In this document: piece by piece, positions 49,055 through 60,329 of the stretch
Layout: each line of letters opens with the position of its first letter
Numbering within the stretch: the stretch's first letter is position 1
Assembly: GCF_011386835.1 (NCBI RefSeq)
Contig: NC_088811.1
Location: forward strand, 14,136,001 to 14,200,000
DNA: 64,000 nucleotides
Source: Chrysemys picta bellii
Taxonomy: Eukaryota
Direction: 5' to 3'
Notes under the pieces: generated by a model
Databases searched by the model: none
Told to the model about the DNA's origin: nothing
The model's input: the letters and a program-made list of their open reading frames with translations, nothing else
Position numbers and translations under genes: made by a program

Positions 49055-49108
49055 TGTGTGTGTGTGTGTCTCTCTCTCTCTCTCTCGCTCACACACACAC
49101 ACACACAC
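49055..49108. repeat. Compound microsatellite (TG)n(TC)n(CA)n
   Basis: Read directly from the sequence. Confidence 0.92.
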
Positions 49109-50428
49109 CCCTACCTCTCAGGCATGGTACGTTCCACTCAGTGGTCTGTTTTTTTCACTCCCTAATTTTGATTAGTACTAGGATGGGGCTTCCTAGCTGG
49201 GTCTAAACCCAAATGGGCAGAATATGCGCATCTTCCCAAATCCTTGTGCAAGCTGATAACAAGGCCATTTCCCATTGAGTCCTGGACCATTCCCACATAA
49301 AGCATCCAACACCCTGAACAGTGCTGTCCAAATAATAATGATTTATTACTAATTGGTGATAGTCAGGCACGTCCCCCCTCGTTAACGAGGGGCTAGCTTC
49401 AGTCCTCCTCGTTACATTTTTGCTTGACCAATTACATCCACCAGCTGTGGCATTTGAATCAAGCTATGAGTCAGAGGGGCTCTGAGTTCAGGGAGTAGAT
49501 CTCAGTCTAAAGGAGCGTAAGTTGGTGTAAACTCCATGCTTAGGGGGCCAGAAGAGAAGGATGTAATAAAGAGCTGAGAAGAGGTAGTAAAGCAGGCCCG
49601 TCTCCACACCAAATTGGTCACTTGGCATGTCTGTTTCACCAATGCAGGCTCCTTTCCACCTGCTCACCATTGCCTTCGAACCTGGCCCGACACGAATTAA
49701 TGTGACAATCTGTGGCATTTCCTATACCGGTCCAGAACCAGTGGCATTAGCCCTTGCCAACAGGCAGAGGCAGACCAACTCGGAACAGCATAAACGGTGG
49801 CTCCAGATTAAACTTTTCCTCTTTAGTGTCTTGACCTGGGAAAGGGACCTGGACTGAAATGTCTGCATTCGTCTGGATTTTATTTTTGTTACTAATGTGG
49901 GTTGGAAGGGTGCGTCTGGGCTCTGAGAAGCACCCTGAAGTTTGGGTGTTTCTCAGAAATTTCTCTGGTTTGCAAAGATGAGACAAAGGTGCAGGAGTCG
50001 TGAGAACAAAGGGTTAAATGAATCTTGTCTCGGTTCAAGGGAGTTTGCTTGAGTTCAGCGGATTCACCCTTCTTTATTCTGAGATTCTGATTTTTCCAAA
50101 ACCATGTTTGAATTTCCCTCTTGGTTGCCCTTAGCCTAGTGTCTGTGGCATAGTCTAGGGAACATACAGTTTTACCTGCCTCCGCATGATCTTCTCTTTT
50201 CCCAAATCCCTCTTCTCCTTCCCAAAACAAATTGGCTTCAACATGAAACAGCAGCAACTTTGCACCAGCTAATGCTCTGAAGCCCAGAAATAAGCAGGAT
50301 TTCCAGAGAGAGAGAGAGCTGCTGGGTGTGCGTTTATATCCCCGGGCCGGTTTTGCTCTAGCAGTGCTGTGTGGTACTAGGGCTGTGTTTATGCTGTTTC
50401 AATGTGATCTGTCTCCTTCTACCGGTAG

Positions 50429-50479
50429 GGGGATAGTCCTGGACCGGTACAGAAGAACTTGCACAACCCAATTGTACAG
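50429..50479 (+). CDS. KAZN: Kazrin coding exon (exon 7), 51 nt, phase 0-0; too short for the ORF track
   Basis: Acceptor ctccttctaccggtag|GGG, donor CAG|gtagga. Encodes GDSPGPVQKNLHNPIVQ, the kazrin segment expected between SLCN and SLEDL. Confidence 0.95.
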
Positions 50480-50606
50480 GTAGGAAACCAATTGCCTTTC
50501 TTGACCAATCTCTTAATGAAATAGTTTATTAATGCGCAGCGTGGTTGACACACACACATGGTGCAGAGGCCAGAGTCATGTGAAATGCCGAATAGGTATA
50601 TTGTAA

Positions 50607-50886
50607 GGGCTTGTCTACACTACTGCGCAGGGTCGATCTAAGCTACGTGAATAGTGTAGCTGAAGTCGACATACTTCGATCTACTCACCGCGGTGTCTTC
50701 ACTGCGGTAAGTCAACAGCTGGCGCTCTCCCATCGACTCCGCTTGTGCTTCTAGTTCTGGTGCAGTACTGGAGTTGACGGGAAAGCGCTCAGCGGTCGAT
50801 TTATTGTGTCTAGACGAGACATGATAAATCAACCCCTGCTGAATCAATCGCTGCCCACCGATCCAGCGGGTAGTGTAGACAAGCCC
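50607..50886 (+). mobile_element. PIF/Harbinger-type MITE
   Basis: Perfect 17-bp TIRs gggcttgtctacactac / gtagtgtagacaagccc; flanks taa / caa. Confidence 0.88.
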
Positions 50887-51739
50887 CAAGTATATAGATA
50901 GACCATGATTGGTAACATCTGTCAGCTTTGGAAATGGGTCTGAATGAAAACTCTGGATTTGAGCCATCCTCAACTTTGGATCCAGAGCCAAACTCTCTGA
51001 CTCCAGCCCAGCTGTAGTCGAGGAGATGAGAGAAGAGTTCAGGCATCACGTTTCAGAGAGAGTGGCAGATACTGGGAATAGCAGTTGCCTTTTTAGAGAG
51101 AGGGATGGACCCGCAAAAGAGTCCAATCTGGTGTAAATTGCACCTTCTGTCAGCTCCTCGGTATCTGTTACACCAGCGTAGGCTACGTCTACACCAGGAG
51201 CGAGGGAGGATGATTGCCAGGCACACTCCTGCTAGCTCGAGGAGCTGCTAGTGCACTAAAAATAGAACAGCCCTGGCAGAACAGGCAGGGGTGAGCAGCG
51301 GCATGAGCTAGCTATGCTGGGTCCAGTCGGGTGGGTGCAGAACGGTGGAAACCAAAGTAACTGAGGCCCTGTCTACATGAAAGAAAGGTGCAGTGGTGTA
51401 ACTAAATGATGTGCTGCACCAGCCTCACGCAGGGCTTCATCTGATGCATCATCGTCCCGTGACATCCCCCAGTAAGCTGCAGCTGGGGAGCCAGATACCT
51501 TAGGGCTTGCACTGGGGAACTGCATTGAAATAGCTACACTGTTGTAAATGTCCTTAGCAGACAGGACCTTAGACTCATTCCGCACACTGCGGGGGGTTGG
51601 ATTGCAGATGGGCCTGTGCCCCAGCTGTCCCTGAACTGTGGGGTGTTCCAAATATAAACGGGCCGCACCAAAACCCTGGGTCCAAACACGGACATTCCCG
51701 CCCCCCAGGAACACTTGGGGTGGTCAAAATCCAGCTGTA

Positions 51740-51919
51740 ATAGAATGTCAGGGTTGGAAGGGACCTCAGGAGGTCATCGAGTCCAACCTCCTCCTCAAAG
51801 CAGGACCAATCCCCATACAGGTTTTTGCCCCAGACCCCTAAATGGCCCCCTCAAGGATTGAACTCACAACCCTGGGTTTAGCAGGCCAATGCTCAAACCA
51901 CTGAGCTATCCCTTCCCCC
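51740..51919 (-). mobile_element. Tortoise polIII/SINE
   Basis: Minus strand gggatagctcagtggtttgagcattggcctgctaaacccagggttgtgagttcaatccttgagggggccattt plus a CR1 tail. Confidence 0.92.
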
Positions 51920-52296
51920 TTTTGACCCACATCCCCAAGGGTATTTAGGATTCAATGGGAGTTAGACACCTACATTATTTTGAGCTCTGGGCCTTAGAGT
52001 CCTGTCTCCAGTTTGAATAAACTCAAACTTCAAGGCAGAGCTCAGTCAAACGACTCTCCTATTTTACCCGCAAAAAACCCCACACTAAGCTCAGTGTGAA
52101 ACCCTGCCCCTCCCCCTCGAAGTAAGTGGTAAAACTCCCACTTTGTAGGGTGAAATCTTGACTCCACTAAATCCTCCCAGGTTTGCTCAAAAGTTTCCAT
52201 AGGCTTTCTGACACACTGACCCATGTTTTGAGCTTGTTCTGTCTAGTTCTAGTGCTTTAGCCTAAGTTAAAGAACAGGTAGGGGAGTCCATGGGGT

Positions 52297-52515
52297 CAGG
52301 GCCGGCTCTACTGTTTTTGCCGCCCCAACCAGCACGCCGAATTGCCGCTGCAGACGGCGGGGGCAGTCTGTATGCTGTTAGGGCGGCACGCGCGTTTCCG
52401 CGGCAGCGGCAATTCGGCGCGCTGCTCGGGGCGGCAAAAACACACAGAGTGCCGCCCCTTGCAGGTTGCCACCCCAAGCACCTGGTTGGAATGCTGGTGT
52501 CTGGAGCCGGCCCTG
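52297..52515. mobile_element. hAT MITE (GC-rich)
   Basis: TIRs cagggccggctc / gagccggccctg; TSD catggggt / aatagggt. Confidence 0.82.
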
Positions 52516-53679
52516 AATAGGGTATGTAAAAGTGCTACATTCTGCACAAAGCAATGCACCTGAATTTAAGAAAACAAGAACTTCCATCATATTCATCTGC
52601 AATCCTCTCCCCAGGCGCCACCGTGCCAGAGTTTCTCTGTAGCATCCTTCCACTTAAAGCTCCCCTCTGGCTCCCATTAAGTTGAATGAGACTTTTGCTA
52701 CAATGCAAGGGGCACTGGCAGAGCTGGGGGTGGATCCCAGGGCTGGGCTAGCAGGGGCTGCGGGTCGGGAGTGAGGGGCTCAGATCCCATTTCCTTAGGC
52801 TGAGGTTGGTTGCTTTTGGATTGCAGGAAAGGGGGTGATTGGGGCTGGATTTTTTCCCCCTTACTCTGATGCTGGAATTTATTAGACCCTGTTGCCTTTT
52901 CACAAAGTACTATTAATTTTAATAACATCTCCAATGCATGGATACTATGTAAATAAATATTATGGTTATTATTTAGGATAAGAGACGGTCCAAGTACAGG
53001 GTCCAAACCAAAGCCCAATTCGCCTTCAGTGATATCAGATTAGGCCCTTATTAATTTCTTCACATATTTTAAAATACACCAATAGGCACCTGCCCTCTGC
53101 TCGGGGTGCCGAACCTGTAAATGAAAAATTACAACGGGACAGCCAATAAACATCTCCACCTCAACCCACAGGCGCCTCCCCAGCTTGCCTGGAAGAGCAA
53201 CAACTCCGGGCTCTTGTGGACCCGAGGGTGGGGAGCAAATTCCAAAACTGAGGGCCCCTGCCAGCAGCTCCTTCTCATTTACATTATGGGAGCTCCAGCT
53301 CGAGCGCTGTTGCTGATTGTGTAGGCGTTCTCCTGACTGCCTGGACCATCCCCTTGCCCTAGTTATCAAGGCTGAGATATTTAAAGCCACCAAAGGAATT
53401 TGGATGTCTGTGCACTTCACAGTCCCTTAGATGGAGATTTTTGAAAGCTAACCATCGTAGGGTTTTAGCCTGCTGCCCATCACCATAGCATCTGGGCACT
53501 TTCCACATAAAACCAATAGCTATAGCAGTCCCCAGTGGCCTCCATGGAGTCTCTGGCTCTTCTCCTTTCCCTCGTATAGTTCCTGCCCCACTCCAACCTG
53601 TGAGCATCTTCTCTCCCCAGATTGTTTATTGTCGACGCTCATGTTATTTCCCCTTCTTTCTTCTCCCTCCGCTTTGCAG

Positions 53680-53847
53680 TCTCTAGAGGACCTTGAAGAC
53701 CAAAAACGAAAAAAGAAGAAAGAGAAGATGGGATTTGGTTCCATCTCCAGAGTATTTGCCAGAGGGAAGCAGCGGAAATCCCTAGACCCGGGCCTCTTTG
53801 ATGGTACTGCTCCCGATTATTACATAGAGGAAGACGCAGACTGGTGA
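53680..53847 (+). CDS. KAZN: Kazrin composite exon 8: terminal coding part of the short isoform (kazrin A type), with an internal donor after 53803 for the long isoform
   Basis: Acceptor ctccctccgctttgcag|TCT. Encodes SLEDLEDQKRKKKKEKMGFGSISRVFARGKQRKSLDPGLFDGTAPDYYIEEDADW with TGA at 53845-53847, including the basic NLS-like KRKKKKEK. Internal GAT G|gtactg at 53803/53804. Confidence 0.96.
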   Translation, partial: SLEDLEDQKRKKKKEKMGFGSISRVFARGKQRKSLDPGLFDGTAPDYYIEEDADW

Positions 53848-56400
53848 CCCCTCCCCTCCCCAAGCTGGTAGCTTGCCTCCTTCCTCTGCTGCCGGTGTGC
53901 GTGCGTGGGCGGGTGTGTGGTTGTGTGTGTGTGGATGCATCTAACTAAAAAAAAGAAAGTGAGCCTTTTTCCTCCGCGTCGCCACTTCTGTAACTGATGT
54001 ACATACTACAAACAAAGCCTGTGTGTGACTATGTTAACTGTTGTCTTTGGAGCGATGCAGTTGTGTTGTAATCCTCTCGTTTTGTTCCTATTTTTTGTTT
54101 TGTTTGGGTTTTTTTGGTTTTTGATTTTTTTTCTTAATGAAACTTGAAACTTGAAGGACTGCTGTGTATTTGTAAATAACAAAAATATTGTGCACTTTGT
54201 GCTTGTGACGTCTCTTGTCCAAAAACGCTGTTTTCTTGAGCCCCTCATGTCGGTGCATTCTGTATCTAGTATGTTCTAAAAGTCAGGGGTTGGAGGGGAC
54301 AGTATCCTATTCACAGGGTGCACCTGAGTTACAAAAACATTAGGCTCTGCCTATCCAGAAAGACCTTAAAATCTCACTCAGTGTGACGTCTTCCTGGCCA
54401 AAATCTCAGGAGGCAACACTGTTCTCTTTTGAATGCCTGTCAGCCTGGAATGATGGTTTAACTTTCCTTTGATTGTTTAGTTTAATTTATTTGCGCAAAT
54501 CCAGAAGAGCTATTCTAACTAAATTATTGCATAAAGATTGGAATTTATATTTTTCCACAATGGTTTGGATGGGGATGGGAGGGTGTGTTTATACTGTACT
54601 GTTCTATTAAACTGCTGCCTGCAGAACTAGGGTAGGATTGGGTAGAAGTTGAGAGAATCAGTTTTTCTATTTTTGTCTTTGTGGGGTTTTTTTTTCCAAA
54701 TGAATTTCTGTTGCATTTCTCTGTTTCTCATGCTAACATGGTGTACGTTTCCCCTATCCCGCAGTCGATCTAGACAGCAGGATCGGGGACCCAGATTGCT
54801 ACATAGGAAGTATAACCAGGTCAGATATGTACAGATATCTTTATCTAAAACTATTTTTAAAATGCTCAACGTCTTGGAAAAGAGCAACAGTGATATTTAT
54901 TATGGAATAATGTAGCGGAAAATGTTAGACTGCAAAGCAGACCGGCCTTTTCAGTACTGCATGTATTTGGAAGGAAGCACTGACCTTTGCTTTGATTGTA
55001 TTTTCTGGCCACAGAAACATACAATTTGTTTTTGCCTCATGTCTGCGGCTTTTCCTATATACTGCATTCATTTGGGTTATTAATAAGAAAGGGGGATAAA
55101 GCGTGGCTTAAGGAACCAAGGCCCTGATTCAGCAATCCATCTCTTTGCAGGAAAGTACTTAAGTCCCATAGACTTCAATGTGACTTAAACACCATCTTAA
55201 AGTTATGTGCTTTGTTGAATGGGAACTAAAAGACTTCAGAGTAAAGTAGGGAGTGAGTCAGACTGTAAATATCAGGAAACAGCGTTGGATCAGATGCTTG
55301 GGGAACACTGGAAAACTGTTCCGTATCCAATGCTGTTAACTCAGTCCTGGGATATTTATTTTGTCTGTAAGAAAACTGGTCTGGGTCTGGGCTACTCCCG
55401 TCATTCGTCCCACAGTGCAGCAGTCTAATAACTTTGGTGCCCCCAGGTAAGCAAAGCTGACAGGTGCATCTCTTCAACCCTTAGTGTGGGGCATTGTTTC
55501 CTTCTAACTCTGCTTCACAAGCAAACAAATGTGCATTTTGGAAAGACCAGGTAATTTGATGCAGTTGCTTCTGAAACCATGTCTGCTCAGTCTCTTCTAA
55601 ATTCTAGTTTATTCGGGGGTGGAGATTTTTACCAGTGCACCTAAAAGATTTAGAAGCACAAAGCCCACTCTTTTTACTGGGGACTTGTGCTCCTAGATCC
55701 ATTAGGCTCTCTTCAAAATGTGATTTCCCCCCCCCTCTTTCCACTAACATGCACAGCTATCTGGTTACTACAAAATACAGTGCGTCGTGCTTTAATGCTT
55801 ACAATACAATTTTACGCTCTTAAATTTATGATTATTTAATAAAATACTATTGTGTATTTTTTTTTAATTCCAATACGTGCACCCTGTTTGAAAGGGATAT
55901 TTTGTCTTTAATTATGAAACTAAAACACACAATACCACCATGCTACATTTCCTTCTAACAGAAGGATCTGGAGAAACCACAGGGGGTTAGGGAAAGTGGC
56001 TTTAAATATCTGCTCTGCTTTGCAACGGGGATATGTCCAAAACCAGGGTGGGGGAGAACGACCCTGTTGCATCTTTCTCTGCAGAGGAACATTTTTATAC
56101 ATTTTTCCCCTCTTGTGTTTTTATAATTTAAAAACAAACAAGCAAAACTCCTGGTTATTTTAGTAGTTTCCTTTTCATTTCAGCTTTTCTAAATTAGGAA
56201 ATAATTCTAAAAAAGTTACTAAGAGGATGATTTATTTAAAAGAAAACTACAATGAATAGCATATGAATTATGGGTAATATTAGATTTAACTCTTCCCGCG
56301 TGAGTGGGGAAGAGTCCTTGAAGGCATGGATGCAAATATAAAAATATTAAAAAAAATAAAAAAAACCCTAAATAAAGCTTATTTTAAAGTATGAATGAAT
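53848..56400 (+). other. KAZN: 3'UTR of the short KAZN isoform (end inferred)
   Basis: AU/U-rich sequence after the stop. AATAAA at 55838-55843, 56355-56360 and 56371-56376; the last is followed by a GU/U-rich tract at ~56405-56435. Confidence 0.7.
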
Positions 56401-56435
56401 TCTATGTGATTTAATTGTTTCTAAGCTGTGTTTGC
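56371..56435 (+). terminator. Candidate cleavage/polyadenylation site
   Basis: Two AATAAA hexamers (56355, 56371) with downstream tgtgatttaattgtttctaagctgtgtttg. Confidence 0.6.
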
Positions 56436-58627
56436 TAGGCCTGGATCCTTGGCTAGTCCGGGTGATTAAATTGGATCGTATATATTGTCACATACTGTAA
56501 TACAAATTCAGTATTTATACCACTTGCCAGCAGGGTAGCTGAAGCTCTGCTAGTTATTTGTCCATTTCCTCAGAACCAGAGTTTGCCTAATATAGCGATT
56601 TCTTTCCAGCCAGTTGGGAAGGATTTGAAGTTTCAGAAACTTGACTCAACGCACATCTACAGAAGCTGTTGCAGCTTTGGAATCCCGTAACTGACTTTTT
56701 TAGGGAGATTCCAAGAACTGCCTGGGGGGCTGGGGAGAGAATCGAGGCCTATAGACAAGAACTTTCATTTCCTCTTTAAAACTCACCTCCGCTGTCCAGT
56801 ATTTTCCAGCCCTTGTGGCTGTGTCCACCTTAACAAAAGAAAGGGGGGGGGGGGAATATCTCCTTTCATGCAGACCCAAAACTCAATGTGCTAGTATTTG
56901 CTGCTCATGGCAGTGTGAATGTCAGCTGACCATGGGGACTAGCCGCCCCAACTCAGCCCACACTCTAAGGAAGCTATAGTTCGTAGGCTCCCCTAACTGT
57001 GAATCACGGTCAGCCTCTTTTTCCCCATCACGTGCTGGATTCTATAGCTGCTATCAAGTACGGCAGCTGAGGACTGAACTGGCTTTCACAGACCTGAACA
57101 TTTCCCCCGTGGTGCTGCCAACCCAAACATAGCAGGGTTCGCTAGAAAGTGAAACTCGTCTAGAAACAGCAGCTGAAACCGACTGGTCTAGTTTCACTGG
57201 TTTTGATTTTTCTTTGCATTTTGCTCAGTACGGAGGATGAAAGAACTATGTTAAAACTTTTTCTTTCACAAATTAAGATAGAGTGAGTAATAGGAGGCCA
57301 AACTGTTAGGCCCAATTCACCCACTGCCCCTCATTCTAAAGGTACATGGCTCCTAGTCTCACGTATCAGAGAATCTCTCAGTCAAATGTGTTTATCCCAG
57401 GCTAGCGTCCTCCTCACCGGACCGCACTCCAGCTCCACTACAGGGAGGACAAGGCGACAGAATGGCCCTGTCTGCCCCTTGCCCTCTTGTAGAACACCAC
57501 CGTGTATGGGGGGAGGGGAGAGGAGGTAGGGGGACTTAAAGGGGAGAACGTGGAGTCGTATGGGAATGACTGGGGAAGAGGGAAATGGTGATTTGGGTGG
57601 AGAAAAAAATCCTAGCAAAAACTGCAGAAGAAAAGAGGATGAGTGGGAGGAAAGGGAGAGGCTGTACAGAAAACCTGACCATCTTTCACTTCAGAGGGAA
57701 CTTGAATTGGGCTGGCTTTGAATGCTGTAGCACTCAAATGGGGAAAGTAGCAGCAGGCAAGTAACCTAGCTTTAGTAGAGGAACCTAGGAAATCCTTACC
57801 TAGGACAGCTCAATTTGGAGCGGCAGGGAAAACTGCAAATCCCAAACAATGCTTGAAACACACCCACTTGGTGAGGAACAGAAGCCAGACCAGTCTCTTG
57901 AGCGAGTCCAACAGTGATGCTGAATCTGGGATCTGAGCTTTCCCATGGCTCAAGGATGTTTACACCTGGGGGTTGCGTTTGGCCCCGTACAGAGCCAGCT
58001 GTAAAGTTTGCACGTGGAGCCAAACTATTCTAAACCCTAAGGATCTTTGAACCAGGGATTTTGTCTCAGGCTTATCTCCCAGTTGATATAGGGCGGTGAC
58101 TTTTAGAGTTGGAACTGGCACCAAGAATCTAGCAAAAGGTTTAGTAGACCAGAAAACCAGGCGGTGAAGTAAACTGTCTCCAACTTTGGGTTGTAAATCT
58201 TTCAAGGTGGCAGTTAGAATTTCATGACCAGTGCAAAATACAGTAGGAGCTGGGGTAGGGAGCGGTGATCCCAGAGGCACCAGCAGGTAAGTAATTGCAC
58301 CGTTCTGAGAAGAATATGGAAACAAAATGCAGGAGGGCAGAAAGTAGAGGCCTCTTCGTGGGAAACGTGGGGCTCTCTCGAGCGTCAAGTGGAGCAATTC
58401 CTGAGAAGTTAACTAAGAACTTATCTGATGATTATTCTGGTCAGGGAAAGTAGAGACCTTTGATGTCCCTGCACAGGAGAGAGAGGAGTTACTCCACTTC
58501 CTCCTTCAATGGGAGTTATCCCTTTCTGATAACTGCTTATGGAGGGGATTCATTCACCTGTGACGCTATAGGCTTAAAGGAGGCTTGTTTAGTCAGAACC
58601 ACAGTTGCTGATGACGTCATAGTCTAA

Positions 58628-58950
58628 GGCCAAGGCTACAGCGGGTTTTTGTACCAATATATTGAGCTCGGTTACGGGATGTTTTGGGGCGGTTTTTGGC
58701 TTTGGGGTGGTTGTTTTTTGCTGAAATAGTGATACAAGCTGTAGTGTGGATGCAGTTATGCCAGTATAGTTTATTCCCCCTCCCGCATGGGGAGAGAGAA
58801 GTCCTTACCTGGATCATTACGCTAGGCATCTCTCTCACAATCCTGCCCTGTGGTCTCCAGCCTTCCCATCTTCCGTTTCTCCTGTTTAGAGAGAAACTCG
58901 TTAGTGACACGAGTGTAGTGTCTACGCTAATGAGAGCGCCCCCATGACTA
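58628..58950. mobile_element. Decayed Harbinger-type MITE
   Basis: taa|ggccaaggctaca start and internal gtgtagtgtctac motif; right end unclear. Confidence 0.4.
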
Positions 58951-58954
58951 TAAA

Positions 58955-59150
58955 ATCTGCTAGTCTCCCCATTGCACAGAGGGGAAACTGAGGCACGGAT
59001 TCTCAATGGGAGTTGGGCACCTAAACACCTTTGAGAGCCTGAGTTTAAGTGACTTGCCCCAGGTCACACAGGAAGGCTGTGGCAGAGCTGGGACTTGAAA
59101 CCCAGTCTTGCAAGGGCCTAGACTTGTTCCCTAACCACTGGACCATCCTT
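58955..59150 (-). mobile_element. MIR/CORE-SINE (second copy at ~59225-59375)
   Basis: ggggaaactgaggcac...aagtgacttgccccaggtcacacaggaagg...gtggcagagctggga. Confidence 0.75.
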
Positions 59151-60329
59151 CCAGCTATATTTCTTTAACAGATAAGCATGTCAGAGAACATAATCATTCC
59201 TTTGCCAGTCCCTGGGACCTTTCCTTTGAAGCTGTGAGAGCACTTTACAAACAACTATGCTTCACAACGTCCCTGTGAGGCAGGTGGGGAAACTGAGGCA
59301 CAACGGTGCAGCATCTTGCCTGACAAAGATGGGAATAGAACCCCGGAAGCTCTGCCTCCTCATGTCCCACCTATAAATATACACAACCACCTGCCCTACA
59401 AATGGACTGTAGCAAAGTGTAAAAACAAGCAACCAATAATTCAGAGAAATAATACAGGAATAAAACTGCTCAGGACGGTCAGTTCTTGCTGTTAGTTTAG
59501 AATGGTCTCATTTAACTTGCCTCCTGATTGAAGTGAAGTGACGTGGTGGGAGACAGTCGCCTTTGTATTCTCTTGCCTGCTGAGAACACTGCAGGCCATG
59601 CCACGAGTGCCACACTGGCTACCCTACCAGGCTCACTGCTAGTTTCTAAATACCCAATCCTTGGCATAAACACTGATTAGCAGCAATTATCCCAGACCCT
59701 GTGTGTCCAAACCAGCATCACCCTTTGTATCCAAACCAAATTCGGAACATAATGGCCAGCTTTTCAGCTGGCGTACAACTCCATAGCACCACCGACTTCA
59801 GGGAGGCTGCCCTGATTAACACCCGCTGGGGGATCTGGCCCATTGACTTGAATGGAGCAGCGCTGATTTTCACCAGTGGTGGATCTGGCCTGATCATTCA
59901 TTAGAAGACTATACAAGAAGGCCAGTCCATCCGGCTTAAAGAGAGAGACAACAGCCTGCAATTAAAGGGGGGCATGATGATAAATTTCACATTTAAAATA
60001 TTCCTTACCACTGTTGTTAATATCACCTTAGAGGGGGGGTTCATAAATCCATACAGTGCTTTGCAACCATTCCATTAAAATCTGCCTGCGAGCTAAGTTA
60101 GGCATCAGTAATCCTCATATAGAGAAACCGAGGCGCAGAAGCAGTTTGCTTGAGGCCAATTGGAGACACTTACTAGGCGAACGCGAGAACGCGACGAGAG
60201 GCCGCTAACAGGAGCGTTTTGGAGGACACCGCGGTGGGCTCGGTGCTTGGAGGTAGTGGGACGTGGGGAGTGGTGCATTTGGTCTGTCTGTGGGTCAGCT
60301 GTTCTCTGGGCCCAGGCTGTGTAGCAACC

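Noticed and set aside
12391-51919. Inverted polIII/SINE pair (and MITEs 27111/48538) flanking exons 3-7 as circRNA drivers
   Set aside because: Tens of kb apart and short, with closer intra-intronic partners available; no sequence evidence beyond orientation.
58207-58292. Perfect donor CAG|GTAAGT at 58287 as a possible next kazrin E exon
   Set aside because: Upstream sequence does not encode the expected DSDSQCSP.../SAM sequence and the acceptor is poor.
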